A stretch of 64,000 nt of DNA from Candidatus Daviesbacteria bacterium (GTDB taxonomy: Bacteria > Patescibacteriota > Microgenomatia > Daviesbacterales > UBA10151): NCBI GenBank assembly GCA_028715175.1, contig JAQUSJ010000001.1, forward strand, positions 674,386 through 738,385, read 5' to 3'. A program made the translations under genes and the position numbers. Below, piece after piece: positions 7,844-17,044 of this stretch; position 1 is the stretch's first letter; the number at the start of each line of letters is the position of its first letter. The notes under the pieces are model-generated. The model saw only the letters and a list, made by a program, of their open reading frames with translations, was not told where the DNA came from and did not search any database.

Positions 7844-9211
7844 CTACGCCGCTAATTCTTTGGATTCTGACTTCTCCGAGGATGAAGAAGGCCTGCCTCT
7901 GGTTTTTTCCATACCATAAAACTTGGTTCTATCAGCCCTAAAGATCAGGTTAATTTCCCCAATCGGACCATTGCGGTGTTTTTGAATATCCAAAGTGACC
8001 TGCTCCGGATGTTCCAGATCCTCCCGCCAGATAAACATGACCACATCCGCATCTTGTTCAATAGCTCCCGATTCTCTAAGATCAGCCAGTTGCGGTCTTC
8101 TTGTTCCCCGCTGTTCAACTGCACGGGAAAGCTGTGAGATTGCCAGGACCGGAATTTTTAATTCCCTTGCCAAATTTTTTAAATTTTGGGAAATTTCCGA
8201 AACTTCTTGTACCCTGTTATCCAAATTTCTACCTTTTATAAGCTGCAGATAATCCACAATCAACAATTTTAAGCCGTGTTCTATTTGCAATCTCCGCGCT
8301 TTTGTCCTCATTTCGGAAATGGAAATTCCCGGAGTATCATCAATATAGAGCGGCGCTTCTGCCAACTCTCCCATCGCCAAGCTCAATTTATCAAAATCAC
8401 TTTCTCCCAATTTGCCGGTTTTCAACTTCCATGCATCGATATTTGCCTGACCAACCAGTAATCTGTCAACCAGTTCTTCCTGACTCATTTCCAAAGAAAA
8501 TATTCCAACAGGCAATCCTTCAGAAACTGCTACGTATTGTGCGATATTTATAGCCATTGAAGTCTTGCCCTGGCCGGGACGGGAAGCTAAAATCAGGAGA
8601 TTTGAATTCTGCATTCCGGCAAGTTTTGAATCCAAATCCCGAAAACCTGTCGGGACACCCCGCAGTTTTCCGGAAGATTTCTGCAATTCATCCAAGCGGT
8701 CAAAAGATTCTGTCAGAGCATCTTTGATCGGCAAAAAATCCCTGCTTACATTTTCCTGCGACAAAGAGAATATTCCTGCCTCTGCAGTTTCCAAAAGTTC
8801 TTCTACAGATTCTCCTTCGTCGTAGGCTCGCTGGATCAAGCTTGTTGCCTGATCAATCAAATTTCTTCTTACTGCATGATCTTTTATAATTTTGGCATAG
8901 TGCTCAATATGAGCAGAAGTCGGGACGATATTAATCAAGGAAGTTAAATACGCAGACCCTCCGATCTTGTCATAAAAGCTTTTTCGCTTCAGCTCTTCTG
9001 TAACAGTTACCAAGTCTATCGGTTCGCGTCTTTCGAAAAGACTTTTGATTGCTTCAAATATAGCTCCATGCTGCTCGGACCGGTAAAAACTGGAAGAGTG
9101 CAGTATTTCGGCAATTCGAACAATCGCATCTTTATCAATCAAAAGCGAACCCAAAAGGGATTGTTCGGCTTCTATATTTTGTGGAGGGAGTTTGGTAATT
9201 GTATTTGCCAT
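7844..9211 (-). CDS. dnaB: replicative DNA helicase
   Basis: MANTITKLPPQNIEAEQSLLGSLLIDKDAI… N-terminal DnaB domain, Walker A RPGQGKTSMAIN, RecA-like C-terminal domain. 455 aa. Confidence 0.95.
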   Translation of the reverse strand: MANTITKLPPQNIEAEQSLLGSLLIDKDAIVRIAEILHSSSFYRSEQHGAIFEAIKSLFERREPIDLVTVTEELKRKSFYDKIGGSAYLTSLINIVPTSAHIEHYAKIIKDHAVRRNLIDQATSLIQRAYDEGESVEELLETAEAGIFSLSQENVSRDFLPIKDALTESFDRLDELQKSSGKLRGVPTGFRDLDSKLAGMQNSNLLILASRPGQGKTSMAINIAQYVAVSEGLPVGIFSLEMSQEELVDRLLVGQANIDAWKLKTGKLGESDFDKLSLAMGELAEAPLYIDDTPGISISEMRTKARRLQIEHGLKLLIVDYLQLIKGRNLDNRVQEVSEISQNLKNLARELKIPVLAISQLSRAVEQRGTRRPQLADLRESGAIEQDADVVMFIWREDLEHPEQVTLDIQKHRNGPIGEINLIFRADRTKFYGMEKTRGRPSSSSEKSESKELAA

Positions 9212-9261
9212 AAAATATTTCCTGTCATTCTAAGGCGATTAGCCAAAGAATCTCTTGATTC

Positions 9262-9310
9262 CGTGAAGATCTTTCGCTACGCTCAGGATGATTTTGCAAG
9301 CAAAATCACC
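9262..9310. repeat. Family-A element copy (…GATCTTTCGCTACGCTCAGGATGAT + TTTGCAAGCAAAATCA palindrome) at the 3' end of the metallo-hydrolase gene
   Basis: Read directly. The element encodes the last residues …QVILLAKSS and supplies the TGA stop. Confidence 0.7.
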
Positions 9311-9942
9311 TGTGGTTTCTCCGGCAATCTGTCTTTGGTTATTGAGAGCTTGGGCTGAGAAACTACTCCTTCTGTTCCCATTTCTTTCAAAAAGCCTTCA
9401 ATTCCTTCAAGCTCAAATTTGACTCCTTCTAATTTGTAATGCATTGGGATAATAATTTTTGGTTCAAGTTGGGAAACAATATCCGAAGCCTCCTTAGCAT
9501 TGATCGTATAAATACCCCCAACAGGAATAAGCACAATATCTGTTTGACCGATCGCTGCAACTTGTTCCTCTGTTAACCTGGATTGCCCCAAATCCCCCAG
9601 GTGAACAATATCCAAACCGTCAAACAGTAAATGAAAAATGGTATTCGATCCTTTTTCGCTGCCTTCCGAGCGATCATGAAAAGAATTTAACCCTGTTATT
9701 ACAACCCCCAAAACTTCATATTCTCCGGGTTTACTAAAAACCATGGGAGCACTCCCTTGCAACGCTGTAACTGCGGAAATAAAGTTGTGATCTTTATGTT
9801 CATGAGTTGTTAAAACTACGTCGGCTTGCAAATCCCGAGGCAGTTTCAATCCTGTAAAGTCCGGGTCATACGGGTCAATCACTACAGTTGCATTTTTACC
9901 TTTTAATTTAAAACAGGATTGTCCATACCAGTAGATATCCAT
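9283..9942 (-). CDS. metal-dependent hydrolase, metallo-beta-lactamase fold (UPF0173-like)
   Basis: MDIYWYGQSCFKLKGKNATVVIDPYDP…LTTHEHKDHN… Start re-set to the internal Met at 9942; the long N-terminal extension in the ORF track is implausible. Confidence 0.7.
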   Translation of the reverse strand: MDIYWYGQSCFKLKGKNATVVIDPYDPDFTGLKLPRDLQADVVLTTHEHKDHNFISAVTALQGSAPMVFSKPGEYEVLGVVITGLNSFHDRSEGSEKGSNTIFHLLFDGLDIVHLGDLGQSRLTEEQVAAIGQTDIVLIPVGGIYTINAKEASDIVSQLEPKIIIPMHYKLEGVKFELEGIEGFLKEMGTEGVVSQPKLSITKDRLPEKPQVILLAKSS

Positions 9943-10459
9943 GGCAAGTTGCATACTAACAAATATGCTAAAATTGTTCAATAAGCGAAGTTTTAAAACG
10001 GAGCTTACAAACTTGTTTATAATGATGCAACTTAATCGAAAACTCACTACAAAACATCTTATTCTTTCCCAGATTCTAATCTTGATCATAGGTTTAACAT
10101 TTCTGGGAACACTTTATTTCATTTTAAATATCCAATATCAAAAACCTAAAAACCTTTTCTTGGTTGGACCGGTTACTACTCTTCCCAAAAGCTTACTGCT
10201 GGATCTTGGGACGCCTGACCAGGATACCTTATCTTTTTCATCTTCAATAATTGTGTCCGGCAAAACAGGACCAAAAAAGGACGTCTTAATCTCAACTGAT
10301 ACCCGCGACCTTGTAATCCAATCAAAAGCAGACGGCTCCTTTTCTACGGTTTTGAATTTAGATGAAGGCGTTAATACAATCAAAGTCGTTGTTTTTGATA
10401 CAACAGGTGAGGCAAGGTCTGCTGAACGTACAGTTTACTTCTCAAAGGAGAAAATATGA
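9941..10459 (+). CDS. hypothetical membrane-anchored protein
   Basis: A TM helix (ILSQILILIIGLTFLGTLYFIL) followed by a soluble domain. Overlaps the next gene by ATGATGA. The true start may be downstream (MMQLNRK). Confidence 0.4.
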   Translation: MASCILTNMLKLFNKRSFKTELTNLFIMMQLNRKLTTKHLILSQILILIIGLTFLGTLYFILNIQYQKPKNLFLVGPVTTLPKSLLLDLGTPDQDTLSFSSSIIVSGKTGPKKDVLISTDTRDLVIQSKADGSFSTVLNLDEGVNTIKVVVFDTTGEARSAERTVYFSKEKI

Positions 10460-11196
10460 TGAGAAAATTTACAATTTTAATCGCAATTTTTGCTTTTTCA
10501 TTCTACATTCTACATTCTACATTCTACATTCCGAGCGCGCTAGCGCTTGAATCCACTCCATCCGCCGATATAAAAACCAAACTTGAAGAACTGAAAAAAG
10601 AGATTGCTTCCAAAGCCGCCAAACTGAAACAAGACGTTAACCGCAAGCTAAAAGATAAAGCATACATAGGTAAAATTAAACAAAAATCTGACAATTCTGT
10701 AACTATCTCAACAGCATCTAATCCAAAAATGGTCAGTTTAAATCAGGATACTGTCTTTGAGAGCAAGATTAAATCAAAACAAAAGTTTTCTCAGAAAACT
10801 ATCTCCGAAGAAGATTATGTTGCTGCGCTGGGAGATGCCGATGAAACCGGAGTGCTAACTGCAAAAAAAATTATTCTGCTACCCCAGCCAAAGACTGATC
10901 TGCCTCTGGCGGAAAAAACTTATTTATGGGGCCAGGTAATTTCTATTTCGGATCAGTTGGTAACCTTAAAAAATAGCGAATCAAAGGTTGTTGCCGTATC
11001 TTTACCTTCTGTGTCTGGAATCAAATTAAACACCTTTGTTATATTAACAGGAAATCAAGACAAAAATGATATTTTTAAAGCTGGTTTTGTCTATATAATA
11101 CCCCAGGGCGGAGTTATTAAACCTAAAAAGATGGCAACGCCTTCTGCACAAACTGCCAGCCCGTCTGCTAAACCTGCCTCCAAAAAAGCTAACTAA
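10456..11196 (+). CDS. hypothetical secreted protein (signal peptide, lysine-rich, low complexity)
   Basis: N-terminal hydrophobic signal, partly encoded by a heptamer array, then a K/S/A-rich sequence. No domain recognised. Confidence 0.45.
   Translation: MMRKFTILIAIFAFSFYILHSTFYIPSALALESTPSADIKTKLEELKKEIASKAAKLKQDVNRKLKDKAYIGKIKQKSDNSVTISTASNPKMVSLNQDTVFESKIKSKQKFSQKTISEEDYVAALGDADETGVLTAKKIILLPQPKTDLPLAEKTYLWGQVISISDQLVTLKNSESKVVAVSLPSVSGIKLNTFVILTGNQDKNDIFKAGFVYIIPQGGVIKPKKMATPSAQTASPSAKPASKKAN
10499..10531. repeat. heptamer tandem array CATTCTA x4.7, in frame in the signal-peptide region
   Basis: Read directly; encodes FSFYILHSTFYIP. Confidence 0.8.
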
Positions 11197-11896
11197 AATC
11201 TTGTTTGCCCGTTACTAAAAACTCCTCTGCCTCGGATTTATCTTTAATTACATCAACAGCCCGCCAGAATCCTTCATCTTTAAAGCCTAAAAATTTATTC
11301 TTAGGGATTTTTGGGAAAGTTTCTTTTTCGTGATCCCCAAGCTCCGGCAACATCGGTTCTACCTCTTTATTAAACAAATATATCCCGCCATTTATCCAAT
11401 AAGGCAGTTTTGGTTTTTCCTCAAACCCTGTTATATGACTATTTTCATCAACTTTCACAACTCCCCATCTTGAAATATAAGGAACCAAAAGAAGAGTTAC
11501 CAAAGCTTTTTGGCTTAGATGCTCCTCAATCATATTGGATAAGTTCAGCTTAGTAATAATATCGCCGTTACAAACTACAACATCGTTTTCGCCGGCAACC
11601 AAAGAACTTTTAAAAGCCTTTTTTATTCCTCCACCCCGCCCCAAAGGAGTTTCTTCGATGGAATAATCCACTTCAATGCCAAATTTTTCCCCCGTCCCAA
11701 AATACTCCTGAACTACTTCATACTTATAGCTGACAGTTAAAACAAACTTTGTAATTCCATAGGATTTAAGCCACTCTATCTGCCAGGCCAGAATCGGTTT
11801 ACTGTCCAACTCTACCATGACCTTGGGACGGTCATTAGTATACGGCCTAAGCCTCTCCCCCTTCCCCCCAGCCAAAATTATTGCCGTCTTAACCAT
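11189..11896 (-). CDS. sugar-phosphate nucleotidyltransferase (NTP_transferase family)
   Basis: MVKTAIILAGGKGERLRPYTNDRPKVMVEL… carries the G-x-G-x-R-L-x-P signature of glucose/mannose-1-phosphate nucleotidyltransferases. 235 aa. Confidence 0.75.
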   Translation of the reverse strand: MVKTAIILAGGKGERLRPYTNDRPKVMVELDSKPILAWQIEWLKSYGITKFVLTVSYKYEVVQEYFGTGEKFGIEVDYSIEETPLGRGGGIKKAFKSSLVAGENDVVVCNGDIITKLNLSNMIEEHLSQKALVTLLLVPYISRWGVVKVDENSHITGFEEKPKLPYWINGGIYLFNKEVEPMLPELGDHEKETFPKIPKNKFLGFKDEGFWRAVDVIKDKSEAEEFLVTGKQDFS

Positions 11897-11945
11897 GGAA
11901 TATATATTATCATATTATTATCGCATCTTATCCATCTCCGTTATG

Positions 11946-11960
11946 CCCACCCTGAGGTGA
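11946..11960. repeat. Family-B-related palindrome CCCACCCTGAGGTGA, intergenic (divergent promoter region)
   Basis: Read directly. Followed by TTGACA-N16/17-TATATG and SD GAGGAG for the HisRS-like gene. Confidence 0.65.
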
Positions 11961-12018
11961 ATTTGTATGTATTGACACTTTAATTTAAAAATGTATATGG
12001 TAATCTAGAGGAGAATTT

Positions 12019-12942
12019 ATGATTAAAGCACCGCCGACACCAAAAGGTTTCAGGGACATTAAACCAGACCTGGCCAAAAAAAGGCGTGAGACAATAAACA
12101 TTATTGTCAGCGTCTTAGAAAATTATGGTTTTGTCCCGATTGAAACCCCGACCATTGAATTTGCAGACACCCTCAAAGGCAAATATGGAGAGGAAGAAAG
12201 GTTGATATATGAATTTACAGACAGAGGCGGAAGAAGATTAGCGCTCCGCTACGATTTAACAGTACCCTTGGCGCGATATGTTGCCACTTACAACCCTCCC
12301 CTGCCGTTCCGGCGTTATCAAATCGGCCAGGTCTTCCGGGGTGAAAATCCTCAAAAAGGCAGATTTAGGGAATTTACCCAGGTTGATTTCGATATTGTAG
12401 GATCTTATGAACTGGAAGAAGATGCTAGGGTCATAGCTGCAACCATCAAAGTCTCAAAAGCAATAGGACTCAAAAGTGCAGTTATGTTTGTAAATGACCG
12501 CAGAAATTTCCAAGGCATTCCGGTAGAAGTAGTCCGTGTTATTGATAAAATTCCAAAGTTTGGTAAAGAAGCTGCAAAAAAAGAGCTTATGGATAAAGGT
12601 TTTTCTGAAAATGAATGTGAGGGCTATTTTACAAAAATCCAGAATTCTAAACCTACAAAAGAGCTTCAGGAAATTTTTAAAATTTTAGAAACGCAGTACG
12701 ATCTTAAACAAATCGAAGAGCCAGGTAAAACTGGTAATTTTATTTTTGATCCAACCCTTGCCCGTGGTTTGGATTATTATACGGGAAGTATTTTTGAGCT
12801 CAAAATAAGCCAAAATCCCACAGACCTTTCAGTTGGCGCCGGTGGCAGATACGATAATTTAATCGGAAGTTTTTCAAAAAAAGATATTCCGGCTGTCGGT
12901 TTCTCATTCGGACTTGACCGCCTCATTGAACTCATATCCTAA
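12019..12942 (+). CDS. class II aaRS histidyl-tRNA-synthetase-like catalytic core without anticodon-binding domain (HisZ-like paralog or truncated HisRS)
   Basis: Motif 2 FRGENPQKGRFREFTQVDFDIVG and motif 3 GGGRYDNL are present. Only 307 aa, with no C-terminal anticodon-binding domain. SD GAGGAG upstream. Confidence 0.7.
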   Translation: MIKAPPTPKGFRDIKPDLAKKRRETINIIVSVLENYGFVPIETPTIEFADTLKGKYGEEERLIYEFTDRGGRRLALRYDLTVPLARYVATYNPPLPFRRYQIGQVFRGENPQKGRFREFTQVDFDIVGSYELEEDARVIAATIKVSKAIGLKSAVMFVNDRRNFQGIPVEVVRVIDKIPKFGKEAAKKELMDKGFSENECEGYFTKIQNSKPTKELQEIFKILETQYDLKQIEEPGKTGNFIFDPTLARGLDYYTGSIFELKISQNPTDLSVGAGGRYDNLIGSFSKKDIPAVGFSFGLDRLIELIS

Positions 12943-12979
12943 GCTTGATTCTTAATCCGTGATTGCTTATTCTTAAATA

Positions 12980-13939
12980 GTGTCTTCCCAAATACTAAAA
13001 AAGCCAGCTCCGTATATTGCCCTCATCCTTGCCCATTTGATTTGGGGAGCTAATTTCGTGGTAGCAAAGGTAACTTTACAGGAATTCCCGCCTATGAGTT
13101 TGGCGCTGCTCCGGTTTGCTTTTGCTTCACTTCTTTTAGCACCTTTTTTCCTGGCAGAAACAACACACCCCTCCTTCGGAGGTAAAAAAGTCAAAATCGA
13201 GAAACAAGATCTCCCAAAACTTATTGCCATCGGGGTTTTAATTATTACTTTAAATATCACTTTTTTCTTTGAAGGGATTAAACGCACAACAGCCATAAAT
13301 GCATCAATTTTAAGCTTAGCAATCCCAATGTTAGCCGTACTTTCAGGTTGGTGGTTCTTAAAAGAAAAGGTCCGTCTGGTTAATCTTTTTGGCATAGCTT
13401 TAGGATTTATAGGAGCCACAATTATTATAGGTCTGCCCCAGATGATTAATGGAGGAACAACTTCATCAGTTATACTGGGGAATATCTTAATAATTCTGGC
13501 CTCGATTTCCTGGGTTGCAGGCGCAACTATTTCCAAAAAAATTCTTAAAACTTATTCTTCGCTGACAGTCACTGCGATAGCTTTTTTGGTTGGAACTATT
13601 TCCTTTTTAATACCTGCCGCAACTGAATATGTTCAAGACCCGACCTGGATAAACCAAATAACCATACTCGGTATCTTAGGATTAGCTTATATGACTTTTC
13701 TTTCCTCCATTTCTGCATATTTCCTGTTTGAATGGGGGCTTTCAAAAACCTCAGTCATTGCTGCAGACCTTTTTCAATACATTGAGCCGTTTGCGGCAAC
13801 AATTCTTGCGGTTTCCGTCTTGAACGAGACAATATCTACTCTATTCCTTCTAGGCGCTTCACTCATCGCCATAGGTGTCTATTTGGGCACATTAGCCAAA
13901 GAAGCTCACCATAGACACCACAAAGCCCACAGGGTATAA
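12980..13939 (+). CDS. EamA/DMT-family transporter
   Basis: 319 aa, about 10 TM helices, duplicated EamA-like halves. Confidence 0.75.
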   Translation: MSSQILKKPAPYIALILAHLIWGANFVVAKVTLQEFPPMSLALLRFAFASLLLAPFFLAETTHPSFGGKKVKIEKQDLPKLIAIGVLIITLNITFFFEGIKRTTAINASILSLAIPMLAVLSGWWFLKEKVRLVNLFGIALGFIGATIIIGLPQMINGGTTSSVILGNILIILASISWVAGATISKKILKTYSSLTVTAIAFLVGTISFLIPAATEYVQDPTWINQITILGILGLAYMTFLSSISAYFLFEWGLSKTSVIAADLFQYIEPFAATILAVSVLNETISTLFLLGASLIAIGVYLGTLAKEAHHRHHKAHRV

Positions 13940-13950
13940 TACTCTTTATC

Positions 13951-14277
13951 ATGAAAGCTAATCTACATCCTGCTTGGTTTCCTGAAGCGCAAGTAACTTG
14001 TGCTTGCGGAACAACTTTTACAGCAGGTTCAACACTATCTTCAATCCGAGTGGAAATTTGCAGCAAGTGTCACCCGCTTTTTACCGGACAACAAAAATTT
14101 GTCGACACATTAGGTCAAGTAGACAGGTTTGTTAAAAAAACCGAAGTTTCTAAAATCAGGCAAGAAGAAAGAAAGAAAATTCTAGAAGCCAGGAAATCAA
14201 AAGTTGAAGATAAAAAGAAAGAACGACCCTCGCTCAAGGACTTACTCATTCAAGCCCGCAAACAGATCCCTTCTTAG
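13951..14277 (+). CDS. rpmE: 50S ribosomal protein L31 with lysine-rich C-terminal extension
   Basis: [53 protein letters not shown]… (C-x-C…C-x-x-C-H-P zinc ribbon), followed by a ~40-aa K/E-rich tail. Confidence 0.85.
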   Translation: MKANLHPAWFPEAQVTCACGTTFTAGSTLSSIRVEICSKCHPLFTGQQKFVDTLGQVDRFVKKTEVSKIRQEERKKILEARKSKVEDKKKERPSLKDLLIQARKQIPS

Positions 14278-14285
14278 CTACTCTT

Positions 14286-15251
14286 TTGTCATCGAGGGGT
14301 ATAATAATAATCAATCCTATGAATAATTATATAGAGGAACAGATAAATAAATTAGATAAACAAATCGAGGAGATCAAACCACTTCTGCAGGATCCTGAAA
14401 TGGCTGATCTGGCCAAGGGAGAAATTAAAGATCTAGAACAGCAAAAAGCAGAATTAGAGTCATCAGCTTTCAGCTTTCAGTCGTCAGAAAATTCAGAAAG
14501 TCTGACAGCTGACAGCGAAGCGATACTGAAGACTGACAGCTGTATTCTAGAAATCAGGAGTGCTGCCGGAGGCGACGAGGCCGGACTTTTTGCCGGTGAT
14601 TTATTGCGGATGTACACAAGATTTGCTCAAAATAAAGGGTGGAAAGTTGAAGAATTAGACCGGTCTGAAGGAAAACTGGGGCAAGTGAAAGAAATTGTAC
14701 TCAAACTTTCAGGTAAGGGTTCATACAGCCATCTTAAATATGAATCCGGTGTTCACCGGGTACAAAGAGTACCCGTTACAGAATCCTCGGGTAGAATTCA
14801 CACCTCAACAGCCACAGTAGCAGTGCTCCCTGAAATTACCGATGCTCAAGTTACCATAAATCCCTCTGATATAGCATTTGAAGCTTTCCGCTCCGGTGGT
14901 GCTGGCGGCCAAAATGTTAATAAGGTTTCTACTGCCGTAAGGCTTACTCATATCCCAACCGGAATCATTGTAACCTGTCAAACCGAGAGATCACAACTCC
15001 AAAATAGAGAAAATGCCCTAAGTCTCCTTCGATCTAAGCTTTGGGAGGCAGAACAACAAAAAAAGACTGGCAAAGTTATGGAACAAAGAGCTGTTCAAGT
15101 AGGATCTGGTATGAGATCGGAGAAAATTAGAACATATAATTTTCCTCAAAACAGAGTAACCGATCATAGAATCAACAAATCATGGCATAATCTGGACAAT
15201 ATATTAGAGGGGGATCTGGATGACATCATCAAAGCCATATCAGTATGTTAA
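14286..15251 (+). CDS. prfA: peptide chain release factor 1
   Basis: [18 protein letters not shown] (PxT tripeptide region, RF1-type) and GGQ motif ([27 protein letters not shown]). The start may be the Met at 14319. Confidence 0.9.
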   Translation: MSSRGIIIINPMNNYIEEQINKLDKQIEEIKPLLQDPEMADLAKGEIKDLEQQKAELESSAFSFQSSENSESLTADSEAILKTDSCILEIRSAAGGDEAGLFAGDLLRMYTRFAQNKGWKVEELDRSEGKLGQVKEIVLKLSGKGSYSHLKYESGVHRVQRVPVTESSGRIHTSTATVAVLPEITDAQVTINPSDIAFEAFRSGGAGGQNVNKVSTAVRLTHIPTGIIVTCQTERSQLQNRENALSLLRSKLWEAEQQKKTGKVMEQRAVQVGSGMRSEKIRTYNFPQNRVTDHRINKSWHNLDNILEGDLDDIIKAISVC

Positions 15252-15909
15252 AGGTTACACTGAATTTTACAAACTAAGATTCAAGGTTACACCCGATACT
15301 TTAATACCCCGCCCTGAAACAGAACTTTTAGTAGACGAAGTACTGCGCTTTGTTTCCCAACTACAACCTACAACCTACAACCTACAACCTATTACCATCC
15401 TCGATCTTGGAACCGGTGCCGGTAATATAGCTATTTCTGTTGCCAGGAATGCTCCTGATATAAAAATCATCGCTACTGATATATCTGTTGCTGCCTTAAG
15501 AATAGCCAAATATAATGCTAAACGCCATGGCGTAGAAGACAAAATAGAATTTATCCAAAGCGATTTACTTTCTGGTTTAAACTATACCCTACACCCTAAA
15601 CCCCATACCCTAATCATTGTTACAAACCTCCCTTATATCCCAACTGAGCGAATTCCTTATCTTGACTCATCTGTGAAAGATTTCGAACCGCACGTTGCTT
15701 TAGACGGCGGGGAAGACGGTTTTGAACTTTATAGAAAATTATTTAGTCAAATTAAAGAAAAATCCTGGCAGCCAAAATTAATCATCGGAGAAATTGACTA
15801 TACTCACGGCGAACTGGCGGTAAATGAATCTCAAAAATATTTTCCCTATTCGCAAATTGAAACTAAAAAAGACCTGGCTCACAAACAGAGAATATTACTG
15901 ATTAGTTAA
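15220..15909 (+). CDS. prmC: release-factor glutamine N5-methyltransferase (PrmC/HemK), N-terminally short
   Basis: IPRPETE motif, SAM-binding LGTGAGNIA and catalytic NLPY (NPPY variant). Overlaps the prfA 3' end. Contains a heptamer array. Confidence 0.8.
   Translation: MTSSKPYQYVKGYTEFYKLRFKVTPDTLIPRPETELLVDEVLRFVSQLQPTTYNLQPITILDLGTGAGNIAISVARNAPDIKIIATDISVAALRIAKYNAKRHGVEDKIEFIQSDLLSGLNYTLHPKPHTLIIVTNLPYIPTERIPYLDSSVKDFEPHVALDGGEDGFELYRKLFSQIKEKSWQPKLIIGEIDYTHGELAVNESQKYFPYSQIETKKDLAHKQRILLIS
15361..15390. repeat. heptamer tandem array CTACAAC x4, in frame in prmC
   Basis: Read directly; encodes [13 protein letters not shown]. Confidence 0.8.
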
Positions 15910-17034
15910 TTCTTGTAAAACAGCATTCGCTGTTCTTTCTTTATTATCAGCCCAGATAGTTAAAGTCAACGTATCCCCAATTTTCTTACTGGCAATAGCC
16001 TCTGAAATTTTAGTCTCTGAATCAACTGTTTGTCCGTTAACTTTAGTAATAATATCTCCTTCTTTGATCCCGGCTTTGGAGGCTGCAGAATTTTCAATCA
16101 CTTCTTGCACGAAGGCTCCTTGCGGAACATCGTTTAAAATAGCGACATCTTTAGCAATAAATCTATACCTGATTCCCAAAACAGGTCTGGAGATTGAACC
16201 ATTTTGGATAAACTCATCAACGAATTTTTTGACTGAGTTAATAGGGATGGCAAAACCAATATTTTGTGCTCCTTCTGTCATTGCAACACTAACTCCAACC
16301 ACTTGTCCGGCTGAATTTAAGAGCGGTCCGCCAGAATTACCGGGATTAATAGCTGCATCAGTCTGGATTAAATTATCCAAACTTTCGGCTGATCCGGAAA
16401 AAGGATCACCTGCCACCACCTTCCTGCCCAATCCGGAAACTACACCTGTGGTGACACTGTTGGTAAACCGGCCTAAAGCATTCCCGATGACAATAGCCAA
16501 CTGTCCGACTTTTAATTTAGAAGAATCGCCCAACTCCAATGCTTTAAGCTTCTCCCCTTCGATTCGAACAATCGCAAAATCCAAAATTGGATCCCGGTAG
16601 ATCTTCTTAATTTCAAACTTCTTACCATCCTTGGTTACAATATTATAAACAGTATCCGTATCTGCTACCACATGCTTATTGGTCACAATGATGCCTTTAT
16701 CAGATACCACAAAACCGGTTCCTACTGTGCTAGTTTGATTTTTGGGAATTGAGAAAGGATCGAACGGGTTAAAAACTTTGCTAGTGGCCCCAATTGCCAC
16801 AACAGAAGGAGATACTTCCTCAACGACTGAGATGACTATATTCTCCTCTTGAACAACGGTTCTTGTTTCCAAATTTCCGGTCTTAGGTAAAAAGTCAGGT
16901 AAAAAATTAGACAAAGAAATCAAACCGTTAACTTGAGCCTGGTATAAACCAACAGCTACAATAATACCCAACGCCACTGCTACAAATAATCCACTAAAGT
17001 TTAATTTCGGTAATGGCAGTTTTGAGTAATCCAT
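15895..17034 (-). CDS. htrA: HtrA/DegP-family trypsin-like serine protease with PDZ domain
   Basis: GTGFVVSDKGIIVTNKHVV (His), GNSGGPLLN (Ser), C-terminal PDZ. N-terminal TM anchor. Confidence 0.9.
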   Translation of the reverse strand: MDYSKLPLPKLNFSGLFVAVALGIIVAVGLYQAQVNGLISLSNFLPDFLPKTGNLETRTVVQEENIVISVVEEVSPSVVAIGATSKVFNPFDPFSIPKNQTSTVGTGFVVSDKGIIVTNKHVVADTDTVYNIVTKDGKKFEIKKIYRDPILDFAIVRIEGEKLKALELGDSSKLKVGQLAIVIGNALGRFTNSVTTGVVSGLGRKVVAGDPFSGSAESLDNLIQTDAAINPGNSGGPLLNSAGQVVGVSVAMTEGAQNIGFAIPINSVKKFVDEFIQNGSISRPVLGIRYRFIAKDVAILNDVPQGAFVQEVIENSAASKAGIKEGDIITKVNGQTVDSETKISEAIASKKIGDTLTLTIWADNKERTANAVLQELTNQ

Positions 17035-17044
17035 AAGAGAACAA

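Noticed and set aside
5062-8825. Several 60-130-aa plus-strand ORFs inside pepN and dnaB (e.g. 5062-5457, 7995-8252, 8302-8553, 8565-8825)
   Set aside because: Antisense to strongly supported genes and S/R/C/F-rich with no motifs. They are typical artefacts of AT-rich antisense strands.
9945-10089. 49-codon N-terminal extension of the MBL-fold hydrolase (MIKIRIWERIRCFVVSFRLSCIII…)
   Set aside because: Not part of the MBL fold, which starts at MDIYWYGQSCF. The extension overlaps the plus-strand gene 9941..10459 and looks like spacer read-through.
12973-13536. 187-aa minus-strand ORF overlapping the EamA transporter gene
   Set aside because: Entirely antisense to a well-supported 10-TM transporter with a coherent protein signature. 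Its own translation is low-complexity with no motif, so it is a shadow ORF.
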